Assembly (NCBI GenBank): GCA_043228905.1
Contig: JBHGNT010000005.1
Location: 5,456,001 to 5,520,000 of the forward strand
Length of the DNA: 64,000 bases
Reading direction: 5' to 3'
Source of the DNA: Azolla caroliniana
Lineage: Eukaryota > Plantae > Polypodiophyta
The notes under the pieces were generated by a model that made no database searches, was not told where the DNA came from, and saw nothing but the letters and a program-made list of their open reading frames with translations. The position numbers and the translations under genes are program-made. Positions 22,400 to 34,200 of this stretch are shown piece after piece. The stretch's first letter is position 1. Each line of letters starts with the position of its first letter.

Positions 22400-25279
22400 A
22401 ATTTTACTAATGAATGTTGCAATTGAGAGTGAGATGGAAAGATGGATGGAGAGATGGGAAGATTGCATGCCCGGTCAATCCTCTACTGTTCACTATTGTG
22501 ACACATCCTACTCTTGTAAATTTACTCAATATGGCTATGGAGGAAGAATTGTTTGGAGTAATGTTGCAATTAGGGAAGCCATGTATTGTTCAATCTCTCA
22601 CAAATGACTATATCATATTTTTTACACCTAATTGGGAAAGACAAGATATGTGTGAGATTTTTTTAAAATGCTTCAGAGTTGAGAATTAAGATGCATAAAT
22701 ATGTCCACATTTCATGTACAGAACAAGATGTGTTAGGGTTAGGGTGGACAAGAAGGAAAGTACATCGTGGTATGATTTGTTGCCACCTTGGATATCCAAT
22801 TTGGGTGGAAGTTTCTCATGTGAAACTTATTGAGTGGGTATCCAAAAGGTTTTAGGACACATTTATGTATTGGATGTCTCAATTATGGCCTTTTCATGTA
22901 TGGTGTTGTGGAGGATTCTGGCCACAAAAAGGAGAACTCGCCGACCGCGTGTGAATGGGGGTGTGCATGAAAAGATTCTTTGTAGAAAACAAATGTAAAT
23001 AACCAGAGTATTAATAAGTACAAGACAACGTAATTTAATAGGTACTGTATTATCCCACAAAAGGGGGGAATAATAGGGTGTGATGGAAGGAAATCGGGGG
23101 AGAATCATTGGCAGAAAGGCCTGACATGACTACTGTTGTAACCGACCCTCCTTGGGCTATAAGAGGGGGGGAGGAAGACCGTTATGGGGGATCCATCGTT
23201 TTGGAGGGGAAGGTGTTGCCGGTTTTGTGCTCTCGAGTGTTTTAGTTTTCTACTCTGTGCATTCGATGAGGGAGAGTGAGGCCTCTGCTTACGTAGGAAG
23301 CCTGTGTGCTCCCGACCAGAGGCTCACCTGTGTGTGTGTGTGCGTGCGCGCGAACACCAAGTTCGAAGCTTTGATTCCGGCCCGAAGCCGCTTGTATTCT
23401 TCTCTGTCTTTGATACGTTCGTTGAATATTTTGGCATTGTTATATCAGGGTATTTTCTCTCTATGTTCTTCGTCTTGGTCTCTCTGTGTAGCTTCAACAC
23501 TCGACTCTTTGTTTAAGTGTCCGGGGAGGTGTTGTTCTCCCCTTCCTTGTTCAACGATTTGTCCATTGTGAATCAGAGCCCGTGTGCTCATCTTGTGGAA
23601 TCCGGTGTTGGATCCGGATCAGATATAGGTCCTAAGAGCCTGTGTGCTCAACAAACCACTTTGGAAACCGAGCCAGACAGGACACTACAAGCTTAGCAGC
23701 CGCTCATTCTTAGGCTCCTTGGTTCGAGACCCCAATGGTCCCACCCGAGCTGACCTGCAAGCCGCGGATATTTGCGATAATGGCTTAAGGTGGTCCATAG
23801 ATTATTGTCTCTATGGTGTCTTATTATCTTTCTTTGCTATTGTGGTCGAAGAGAGCTCTTGAAATGGTGTCACACTCAATGCATACGTTGTTCTGGAAAA
23901 GAAATGGGGAAAGTGCATTGTCGTGGTTTGCATGGGATAATGTTTGTACTCTGAATCGTCTTGGTGGGGCTATAGTGGCTCATCGATTTACTTTCATTCG
24001 ATTTTTGTTTGACGGTGTACAACCTTGGATAGAAATGGTGGTATAGTTTATAGAGAAGATATGAATTAAGCTTGGAAACATGACAATTGAAGCTAATTAG
24101 TGGAATATCATTAATTTTGCAAGGGGTGTCAAATGTGCAGGGTCTCTGATAGTTAATCATATGTTGACATTTTGACAAAATATGTTGGATTTTGTGCAAT
24201 GACGTCCTACACAAGAAAGTTCAATTCATTACAAATGGAGGTTTTGGCGACATCAAGGTTGCTGAGGTGGGAAGATAAACAACATCTTAACCTTCAATTT
24301 AATTCGATGGCTAGATTGGGTTTGGTAACAATCAATGATGTTATGTTGGTGTCACAATGAAAGTTAATGGCCTTTAGAACAACAAGATCAACATTTCATA
24401 TTCTAAAAGGTTACACCTTTATTTAAAAGATAAGTTGTAAGAATGACTGTATTCGTATGAGCCAATTCCTGATTTAGATGGGGGATCTCAAGAGCTTGAT
24501 TGGACATTTATTGAGATTGATTATAATCTCAACAAATTGTGCTTATTACAAAGTTGATTAACAAACATAAGTGGATGGAAGAAAGGGTTATAAATGTATG
24601 GGGTTTTCGTAAGCCCATTACCTAGAGGTTTCATGTGATCAAGGCACGTTGGTGTTCTCTATTGATGCAATGAGCTAAAATATTCATTTGGAGAGTTATG
24701 GTTGAAGCTTTACCATTGGGGTATGCATTAAAAATAAGAAACATTGTTAGAGGAATGTGTTTCTTTTGTTTGGTGGAATTGGGACATAATAGGCATCAAT
24801 TTCTTTTATGCTCGATGGCTCGGATGGTTTGGAGGCGTATATCTAATTTGCTGTGGATGTCTCTAATTGGAGTAAGCCAATCTTCCTTCAGTTGGGCTTT
24901 TGCACATATGGAGAACAATGAACCGATGCCTCATTTCCAAATTATTTTTGATTTATTGAGGCATTGGGGACTATGGTTCAATTGGAATATGCAGAATGCC
25001 TTTACTTTTGATTTCGCAAATTGGGGTGAGAAAATATGTTGTAAAGTTAAAAGGACTTCCTTTGTGGCAATTGATAGTACTAGAGAAGTCACGAAATCTC
25101 AACTATGAAGAGAGAGAGAACTCTCTAAGGTCACATATCATCATGTTCACCATTTGAATTGGTGTGTAGGGTGGCATTGAGTTTGCAGTCGTGGTAGTAT
25201 TTAGCTCCCTAGAAGGGTTCTATACTTTGTAGCAAGTTAATCATGGTGGTGTTTTTTTCTTTCATAATAAAAGTTGTTA

Positions 25280-25283
<4 letters not shown>
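22400..25283 (+). mobile_element. Old degenerate L1-like LINE (RT to 3' end) interrupted by a solo LTR
   Basis: CPVNPLLFTIVTHP RT motif at about 22465; homologous to the 25556-28095 copy; CFFCLVELGHNRHQFLLC zinc finger; ends at (GA)n 25284-25332. Confidence 0.75.
22904..23779 (+). mobile_element. Solo LTR (876 bp)
   Basis: 4-bp TSD ATGG at 22900-22903 and 23780-23783; termini TGTTGT...GCGATA (decayed TGTCGC...GCGACA); internal TATAA at about 23158. Removing it restores the LINE frame HVWLKVV. Confidence 0.8.
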
Positions 25284-25332
<49 letters not shown>

Positions 25333-25336
<4 letters not shown>

Positions 25337-25536
25337 CAAATGGATGTAGCTCAGTTGGTAAGGTTGCCCAATGGAGACCAGGTGGTCATGGGTTCAACCC
25401 CTACATTCCACAGTGGCATCTAGTGAATTAAGAGATATATAAGAAGTATATAATAGAGAGGTGAAGAAGTTGGGTTTCGAACCTAGAACGCAGTGCTTGT
25501 AGTGCTAACAACTTACCACTAGGGTAAGGTAATTAC
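25333..25536. mobile_element. tRNA-derived SINE-like cassette with two convergent tRNA-like units (copy 1)
   Basis: Plus strand A box TAGCTCAGTTGG and B box GGTTCAACCCC; minus strand TACCCTAGTGG and GGTTCGAAACC; flanked by (GA)n. Confidence 0.75.
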
Positions 25537-25555
25537 GATAAAAGAGAGAGAGAGA

Positions 25556-28095
25556 TGCTTAATGGCGGAGTCACTCCGAAAGTGTTTCTTACTAGATCCG
25601 TGCGGCAATGATGTCCACTAAGCCCATTGTTATTTGCTATTGTTACACATCCTTTGTTAGTAATGTTGTCAAATCTTGCGGCCAGTGGTGATATTGTTGG
25701 TTCACATCTTCCTTTTGATGGACAATTGGTGGCACAAGCATTGGCAGATGATTCTTTTATGTTTTTACAAGCCTCAAAAGAAAATCTTAAAAGGAGCATG
25801 CAAGTTTGGGATAAATTTGCTTTCGCTTCAGGGTTGTATATAAATTGGAGGAAATCTCGCCTTATTTCTTGTACGGAGAGTGATTTGGACTGTTTGGGAT
25901 GGCGAGGGTCAGTGATTACACGAGGTTCAATTTATCGACATTTGGGTTATCCATTGGGCATTGATGTTACACATGTTCAATTGATTGATTGGATTGGTAG
26001 TAAATTGAGAGACAAATTTATGTATTGGAAGTCTCAATTATGGCCCTTTCATGTACGACTCAAAGTGGTGCAATGTATCTTGATACCCATGTTATTATAT
26101 TTTTTACCTTTACTTCCTTGAACTAAGAAGGCATTACAAAGCATGTTACAACCTATTCGATTCATGTTGTGGCGGAAGGGAGAAATGATGGGAGTTACAT
26201 GGATTTCATGGAACCATTTGGCTACTCCTAAAAGTTTAGGTGGTGCAGCAATATTGGATTTGGAAAGGCATTTGATGGCTTGTAGATTTACATTATTATG
26301 AGATATATGTCAACAAGATCAACCATGGATATCTATGATGCAATATTTTATTGAGCATGAAGGATTGGTGCATGGGAAAACAAAGATTCAAGCATCATGG
26401 TGGTCATTACTGAATGGACGTATTCCTCTAAAGATTCGACATTATGTATGTGGACAACATTTGGTAAGATCATGGCAAGATGCATTATCTCTTTTTGAAT
26501 GGGGACCATCAAGTGATCGAGAATATTGTAATTCATTACAAAATGAATTGTTTGTTTCTTCTCGAGTGTTGTTTTGGCATGGGAAAGAGAAGTTGAGATC
26601 TCAATTCAATCGTTTATTTTGATTGGGGATTGTACATTTGGAAGATGTGGTTGATAATGAATCTCAAAGGTTGTCGGATTTTGAAAATGCCAAGAGATGG
26701 TTATGTATTCCCCCAAATTATGGATTTATTTGGGAGAAATTACAAGATATACCATTGTTGCAAGGATCTTTGCCATTGAAAACAAATTTTGCACCTTGGG
26801 TAGATTGGCGGTTAAAAGACGGTACACGCTTGCATAGTTCTAGCCATACGTCCCATTCGTGTCATACTCAAACGCCAATATTCGTATCATACTCATACGT
26901 GAAAAGGCTCCAAGTATGATTGAAATCCATACGCGGTACATAGATATATTATATATACATATGGTGTATATGGTGTACATAGTGTGTGTGTGTGTGTGAG
27001 GGGGAGAGAGAGAGAGAGAGAGAGAGAGAGCGTGTGTGGTCTAGAGAGAGAAGCCTTGTTTTGCATGTGTGAGGAGACAGTGATTGAGTGTATATCTAGA
27101 CTCTAGAGAGAGAGAGAGAGAGGAGCTATGGGTTTTGTCTGTGTGAGGGAGTATGTAATATGTATATTAGATATCTAGATTTTGTAGAGAGAGAAAATCT
27201 GTCAATTCTCGTGTGAGAGAGAGAGAGTGTGTGTGTATGTGTGTCAGATGTCACTTCTATTCACAAAATATTATGAATATCAAAAATAAAAAAAACCCAA
27301 AAAAAAAAAAAAAAAAGCCAAACGAATATCGCGTATCATACGCGTACGTTTGCAAACGTACGCGTACGTCCAGTAAATTGGACGTACGCGAATATTAGGA
27401 ACTATGCACGCTTGTTACAGGTCACTACAAATATATTGTATCATCATCTGATGCCATCATTATCTTGGTTGCTTACGAAGTTGTGGAATGTATATAAGTC
27501 CAATGCAAGGTGGTGGAAAATATTACAACGTGGTTGGCATTCCCATCTACCATTTCGTGCAAAGGTATATGGAGAGTCATGATTGGTGGGCTTCCATGAG
27601 GTACGGCCTTAAAGAGACGAGGATTGTTCCATTGGAGGATAGTACACATAGGTTCATTAAATGTCCTATAGCATGTACCATTTGGAATTACTTATCGGAC
27701 ATTTGGCAAGTTTTAACCCGTTGTTGTTTGAGACCTCAACAATGGGGTTTTTCTCAATATGTTCAAAATGGATCAAATGATGAGATGGAGATATTGTTCC
27801 AATTTTTACGTTATTGGGGTCTACAACACAATTGGAATATGCGTAATGCTTTCATGTTTGATAATAGACATGGGGTGAAATCCTATATAAAGAAGCTTAA
27901 AGGTATTCTCATGTGGATTTTTTGGATGTTAGAGCATGTGGGGATCATTTCCTCAAATGCATATTCAGGTTTTTTAATAGCATTACAGAACGTCCCTCTC
28001 CCTACATAGGCATATGATAGGTAGAGGAGACTAAGAACTGTTGTAACTAAGTGGATTTTACATACAATTAATATAATTGTGCACTTTTACCAAAA
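25556..28095 (+). mobile_element. 5'-truncated L1-like LINE (RT + zf-RVT), (GA)n-associated family
   Basis: SVRQ*CPLSPLLFAIV, ALADDSFMF, YRHLGYPLG, LGGAAILD; stops present; bounded by (GA)n on both sides; contains a hAT MITE. Confidence 0.92.
26833..27406. mobile_element. Non-autonomous hAT-type DNA transposon (MITE, 574 bp)
   Basis: Perfect 8-bp TSD CACGCTTG (26825-26832, 27407-27414) and TIR CATAGTTC...GAACTATG; the empty site is seen in the related LINE copy near 36330-36355. Confidence 0.9.
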
Positions 28096-28106
28096 GAGAG
28101 AGAGTG

Positions 28107-28313
28107 TGTCCAGATGGATGTAGCTCAGTTGGTAAGGTTGCCCAATGGAGACCAGGTGGTCATGGGTTCAACCCTTACATTCCACAATGCCATCTAGTGA
28201 ATTAAGAGATATATATGAAGTATATAATAGAGAGAAGTGAGAAAAATTGGGCTTCGAACCCAAGACGTAGTGATTGTAATGTTAACAACTTACCATTAGG
28301 GTAAACTAATTAC
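28107..28313. mobile_element. tRNA-derived SINE-like cassette with two convergent tRNA-like units (copy 2)
   Basis: Diverged copy of 25333-25536, again between (GA)n tracts. Confidence 0.75.
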
Positions 28314-28724
28314 GAGAGAGAGAGAGAGAGAGAGACATGGAATGATCTCACCAAGGTGGAATCGTGGGACCTTATCTGTGGTAGTTGCAAAACAATTATG
28401 TCAAGGGAGGGATTTTATTATTATATTTCATTATGTATTATTATTATTATTTATAGGGAGAAAGTCCTAAATACGTCTATGCTTTTTCTTTACATATTCT
28501 CCCAAATACCCATTTTCAACTTAGAAACTAGCAATTTGTGTCTGTAATTACTAATCAACAGAATTTATGTTGATTGTATTTGGGAAATCCAAGTTGCATA
28601 GTGAGTTGTTTCCTATATTATTGAATCACACCTTGTCTTTGCTTGCCATTTCAAACTAGCTGCTAAGATACATACATACATGCATACATACATACATATT
28701 TATGCATATCTTACACATATATGC

Positions 28725-28754
<30 letters not shown>

Positions 28755-28761
<7 letters not shown>

Positions 28762-29061
28762 TATTGTTCCAATTTTTACGTTATTGGGATCTACAACACA
28801 ATTGGAATATGCGTAATGCTTTCCTGTTTGATAATAGACATGGGATGAAAGTCTATATAAAGAAACTAAAAGGTATTCTCATGTGGAATTCATGTGGAAT
28901 TTTTGGATGTTAGTGCATGTGGGGATCATTTCCTCAAATGTTTATTCAGGTTTTTTAATAGCATTACAGGACGTCCCTCTCCCTACATAGGCATATGATA
29001 GGTAGAGGAGAATAAGAAGTGTTGTAACGAAGTGGATTTTACAATATAATTGTGTGCTTTT

Positions 29062-29064
<3 letters not shown>
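28755..29064 (+). mobile_element. Short 3' fragment of the (GA)n-associated LINE
   Basis: Near-identical to 27784-28092; (GA)n immediately on both sides; lies in NAC intron 1. Confidence 0.9.
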
Positions 29065-29113
<49 letters not shown>

Positions 29114-30562
29114 TGTGTGTGTGTGTGTGTTAGTGAGAAATGTTGATTAATTTGAGGGCTATCCCAACGATTGTAATTGTTACATTATTCAAGACACCAT
29201 GTCTTACCTTGGTAGTTTAGAAAACAAAGAGAATTATCCTTGACATGTCATGAATGTCTTGCCCAATAGTAAGTCGTACGATTAATGAACATCAAACTTG
29301 CAAAACCTGCATATTCCTTAACCCACATAGCTTTGTATGTGCGCCCTTAGGAAGAGCTGAATTTGCATACTTGCAAATTTATAAACTATTGCCATAAAAT
29401 AGGTGTATGTAAGAATAAATCACATTTTATACCTTGTATATCGAAGGCATAAATGCAACTAGGTACATATATCCATACACATAAATTGTATTTGTTAAGT
29501 TTGAACTTAGAACATATATATGGGTGACGTCCAAACTAATAAGTTGTTGGAGAATATGATTAGAACCCTTCATCCAAACCTTATCGCTTTTGGAATTAGA
29601 ATGAAGATGAAGTTAGGCATGGTGGGTATCATTTGGGTTAGTCTTGTGATCGGTGATAATGCTTACTTTCTGCATATACATTTAATTGCATCACAAACAT
29701 GTACAAAACCTTATAGACAAGCACAAGTATTAACAACTTTTTTCTAATGGAGATAGAAATCTTATGTTTATATTTATTATATACAAATTATATATTGTCT
29801 AGCTTGTTAGGTAACATTGGACAATATTATATTTTGTTAATCATGACGACGACAATGTATGCTCATGGAATGTGTAGAATGATGCAAGATAGATAACACA
29901 CCACAAACATAATGGTACTAGTCATAAAGACAAAAATTATCCGACGGGAAGTAGGAGAAATCGGGCAACAACAATTGGATTTTGGAAGGCAATAGGGAGG
30001 CATAAGGCAGTAATAACATCATCAACAACTAAGAGAATTGGTATGAGAAAAACATTGGTGTTCTATCGTGGTCGTGCCCCTCATGGTCAAAAGACTGATT
30101 AATGCATGAATATCGACTCGACAACTCTAGCCCTTCATTAAGTATTCACAATGGTGCTATTCATAGTGATATCCTTGAGTTTCCACCACGTCAAACAAAT
30201 GCACATGTATGTCTATTTTCCTTTACTCTCTTTATAGGGATCATGGGATTCAAGCTCATCATTATTCTTTGGATAATAACATGTGTTGAAACATGTGAGT
30301 GAGATACAACAAAATATATACTTATAATAGGCAAATAAAAGAGGTGAAAATAATTGAAACAAATGCATATGGTGATATGGCACAATATACACGTGGACAA
30401 AACTAAATGGTTAAGGTTGACTATTGTTCTCTTTTTATGTTTTTTGGGTTAAGAGGATAAGAGCATTGTGTGTTAACTCCCACTTTTTATGAATATGTTT
30501 TGTCCATATATATCTATATATATCTAGAGAGAGAGAGAGTATGCTTAAGGTTGATTATTACT

Positions 30563-30604
30563 TTTTATAACTAATGGAAGGAGTTTTTTTTTTTGGAAAA
30601 AAAA
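30563..30604 (+). mobile_element. Minimal LINE 3'-tail insertion
   Basis: 16-bp TSD aaggttgattattact (30547-30562, 30605-30620); the insert equals the tail of the 20777-21480 LINE. Confidence 0.8.
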
Positions 30605-30734
30605 AAGGTTGATTATTACTCTCTTTTATTTATTTTTGGTTATAAGGATAAGACCATTGTGTTTTAAGCCCCATTTTTATGAAAATGTTTTGTCCATAAT
30701 ATATATATATATATATATAAACTGATTGCAATCT

Positions 30735-30887
30735 ATGAGACGGAACCTAAACCATGGGGAGGATCAAACTTGGGTTCTCTTAATTTTATGACTTTTGATG
30801 TTGCAATGTAATGAGACGGAACCTAAACCATGGGGAGGATCAAACGTCGGTTCTCTTAATTTGATGATTTTGATGCTACAATGTAAC
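30735..30887. repeat. Tandem duplication, 2 x 76 bp
   Basis: atgagacggaacctaaaccatggggaggatcaaac... starts at 30735 and 30811. Confidence 0.85.
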
Positions 30888-31050
30888 CCCAAATCCCCCC
30901 CCCCCACACACACACACAACATACACACATAAATTGATCTAAGAGATGAATGCGAATCATTTTAACATAGTGGTTGTGATGTTGATAACACTCTTTATGT
31001 TCATAAATGTCACTAATGAACAGTGCATTTGAGTCCACATTGTGGTTGAG

Positions 31051-31091
<41 letters not shown>

Positions 31092-32360
31092 GTTTAGGGA
31101 TAGATTATATGTGGTGAAAGCAAGTTGGAACATGATTGAAAATGAAGCATTGATGTAGAGTGTGTTAGATTCTTAAACTTGTTCAAGGCAAAAAAATGCA
31201 AAATGATTGGATTACAAATGTACATTCCATTTTGTAGTAATATTCCGTTACTTCTCATGTTTCATGCTTATTAACACATGACCTTCCTTGATATTGCGTT
31301 TATTCTTGTTGTTTAAGTATCAATTATTCAATTTAAGATAACAACGGAAGAAATTGTTCTTTATTAAAGTTTTTTTTGTGTGAATATGGTCCACTTTATT
31401 TTATAGGAAGAAGGTTGGGTAGTGTGTCGAGTTTTCAAAAAATGCATCGTTTATCAAAAACTTATCACTAATCCAATTCCAGCAAGTGGCCAAAAGAAAA
31501 TCGAAGCATCACAAGTGAAGTAGGAAACAAGCCTACATGAGATAGAGGACATGGATCTTTACAAATTAGCCTAGTTTATGGATTAACATTCTTAACTTAA
31601 CATTGAGATACAATTTATATTGCCTTTTATAGTGTGGTACATGAAAGTTTTGAAGCACTACGAATCTATATATCAAATATTAAAACTCGCACTTATATAT
31701 CAATTTTGAATTATTACTACATGTTGAACAATTAGAATATGTGTATATGTTAACGTAAAAAGCATATTTTACCCTCTCTAAAGTTTCGTAATTGTTTCTT
31801 GTGTAGGTTATGGATGCTCATTCATCCATATTTGATTATTTGACGCATTCATATGATAGGGAGGATGAGTATGTTAAAGACTTTCCTGAAGCCCCATTCG
31901 TGTGCTTGTTGCAACTTGAAAGTCCCACACAAGGTGTGTACACTTAAAAACAAATTTATGACTCTTGATGTTATTGCATGTGACGATAAAAGAAGAGACT
32001 TCAAAATAGAAATGTCCACAGTGGAAATGGATGACAAATCCATTATTTTAGGATCAGATGAAAGTATTACAAACAACTATGCAATAGAGAATAGTCAATG
32101 GAGTCTACTTGAAACCCTTATAAAAGACTCAAATTATCATCACCCATGAAATGTTAACTTGTTCATAAATTTATTATTGATGATGCCCAATAGTGATATG
32201 TCGAACCCACACTTGAATCTAATACCTTGCTAGTGAATGTAGAACATAACCTTGAACTAGCCTAATGATATTGATATTAGATGGCATTCCATTAAAAATG
32301 CATAAATGCTAATTCATATTCAAGCACAACTCACTACCTCAAGAGTGTTTAGAGGATCAA

Positions 32361-33290
32361 TTATACTAAAACAAGAACACAAAGATATTGCAGCTCGTAA
32401 ATTTTGGATACAAGAGGACATTAGTGAAAGGAGATTAGCTAAATTCTGGAAAATGATATGGCATGACAACGGTGACTGCAAGATAATGATGTGCTTATGG
32501 CTTATTGTGCATAGAGCCTTGCTATTAGGGGTGTGGGCTAAAGGCCCCAATGTAGACCCTAGATGTAGTGCATGTGGACAACTAGAAAGCATTTCCCATT
32601 GTCTCTAGGAATGTCATGAGGCTACGATTGTATGGAGAAGGGCATTACGATTGCTTTGCCATGCCTCTAGCTCATTTACCCTCAATTGGGGTCATGCTTG
32701 TTGGAATTGTCTTGATGATGACGTAGAGAAATTTGATAGCACATGTACAACTATGTACATAGGGGAGAATGGAACTATTCGATTGATCGTTGGTAACAGT
32801 GCACCTAGAAGTAATGCCCAAAAGCAGAAATTGAAGATCTATGGATGTTGCTAGCACCCATTATCATATGGAACATTTGGACCGCAAGATGTACCAGGGT
32901 ATTTTCAGCAAACAAACGGCCTCCAACAAAATCTATTAAGCTAATATGACACACATTAATAACTACATTCAGGGCCCAATGTGAGCGGATTGATGGAACA
33001 GATGATGCTTTAGAATTAATGAGGCTGAATTTCAGAAAACGATGGTGTATTACATCGATGGCTGTAGAAATTGGAGTGGATATACGATGGCAGTAGGTAG
33101 TACCGAGATGGTTGTTCCCCCCTCCCATTAGATGATAGAGGGTGTGAATGACACGAGAAACATGGAGAACAAACATGTGGGCTATTTAGTGTAAGATAAG
33201 TAAGTGATGTAGCCCATATGGAAGTAGGTAATGTCTAAAGTTGTGTAGTGTATGCCATTTTAACTAATGGAGTATATTCTTCTTTGGAAA
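32361..33290 (+). mobile_element. 5'-truncated L1-like LINE (zf-RVT region)
   Basis: 20-bp TSD aagagtgtttagaggatcaa (32341-32360, 33291-33310); FWKMIW...CSACGQLESISHCL; PRWLFPPP end. Confidence 0.92.
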
Positions 33291-33399
33291 AAGAGTGTTT
33301 AGAGGATCAAAATGTACAAATGTGGATCTGACTTACTTTCACCTATTAAATCCTCATCTAATCCACCCAAGAGAAACATATTTCAACAAATCCTTTTGG

Positions 33400-34200
33400 T
33401 CGTAGACGATATTGTTCCATGTACATCGTTATATTTTATTAATTATGCATATAAATGAATTTCACATGTATATATGATACAAAATCCATATGAAAATTGT
33501 GTTGAATTTGCTTTCATTCAAATGTCTTATCTAGTTAGGGAGGCGTTAGTGTAAATGCCTAATCCACGATGTTTCCATTTAATATGTGTGAACCTATAAT
33601 TCCCTATGGTAATTGGCATTTAGAATTCCTTAGATCTACCCAATCAATACTCACCTTCTTGCTACAAAACATTTTAGAGGACATATTATTTGTAAAGATA
33701 ACTCTATTAAAATCTTCAAATTCAATGGAAAATCATTTTTTGTGTGAAAATTGTCTATCTTAAATGATTTCAATTCCATATCAATCTCATGGGATACTTT
33801 ACTTGGCTAGATACTTGTTTGAGGTAGCTTTTTTTACCATTGTAACATGTATATCATAATGATTTTTATAATTGTAATTAGTTGCGCCCTAGATTGTGGA
33901 AAGATGTTTTTCTCCCCAAGGATTTTTCACTGCCTCAATGAGTGTCTGCAATACTATTTTTGAGTGTTTGAATCTCATGATTATTGTGCATGATGGTTGA
34001 AGGTTTTCAACTATCTATTTATGAGGAAGTTTTGCAAGATGGCATCATACAACATGTGGATGAATTGATTCATGAGTTTTCCATAAGTAGTCTTGTCACT
34101 TTCCTCATACCTATTGTGTGGATTTGGGTTCAACGTATATAATCTCAGATTGTCTCTTTTGTTTCTAGTTTTAAGGAGAAGAGTTGGTCAATAGGGTTCC
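33400..34200 (-). mobile_element. Degenerate RTE/RTEX-like LINE C-terminal fragment
   Basis: Weak minus-strand similarity to the 4400-5520 and 58000-58620 fragments; boundaries approximate. Confidence 0.3.

Larger units (their letters stand above)
28344..32149 (+). pseudogene. VNS-class (VND/NST/SMB) NAC transcription factor pseudogene
   Basis: Exon 1 remnant 28344-28380 DLTKVESWDL. Exon 29878-30206 [36 protein letters not shown]...[28 protein letters not shown] with 2 stops and 2 frameshifts. Exon from 31407 EEGWVVCRVFKK. Exon from 31807 with LLQLESP (LP box) and QWSLLETLI (WQ-box-like). Confidence 0.88.

Noticed and set aside
25340-25412. Functional tRNA gene
   Set aside because: A/B boxes are present but the anticodon arm does not fold, there is no oligo-T terminator, and it is part of a repeated cassette.
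25333-28313. LTR retrotransposon with the two cassettes as LTRs
   Set aside because: No TG...CA ends, PBS or PPT; the interior is a LINE fragment separated from the cassettes by (GA)n.
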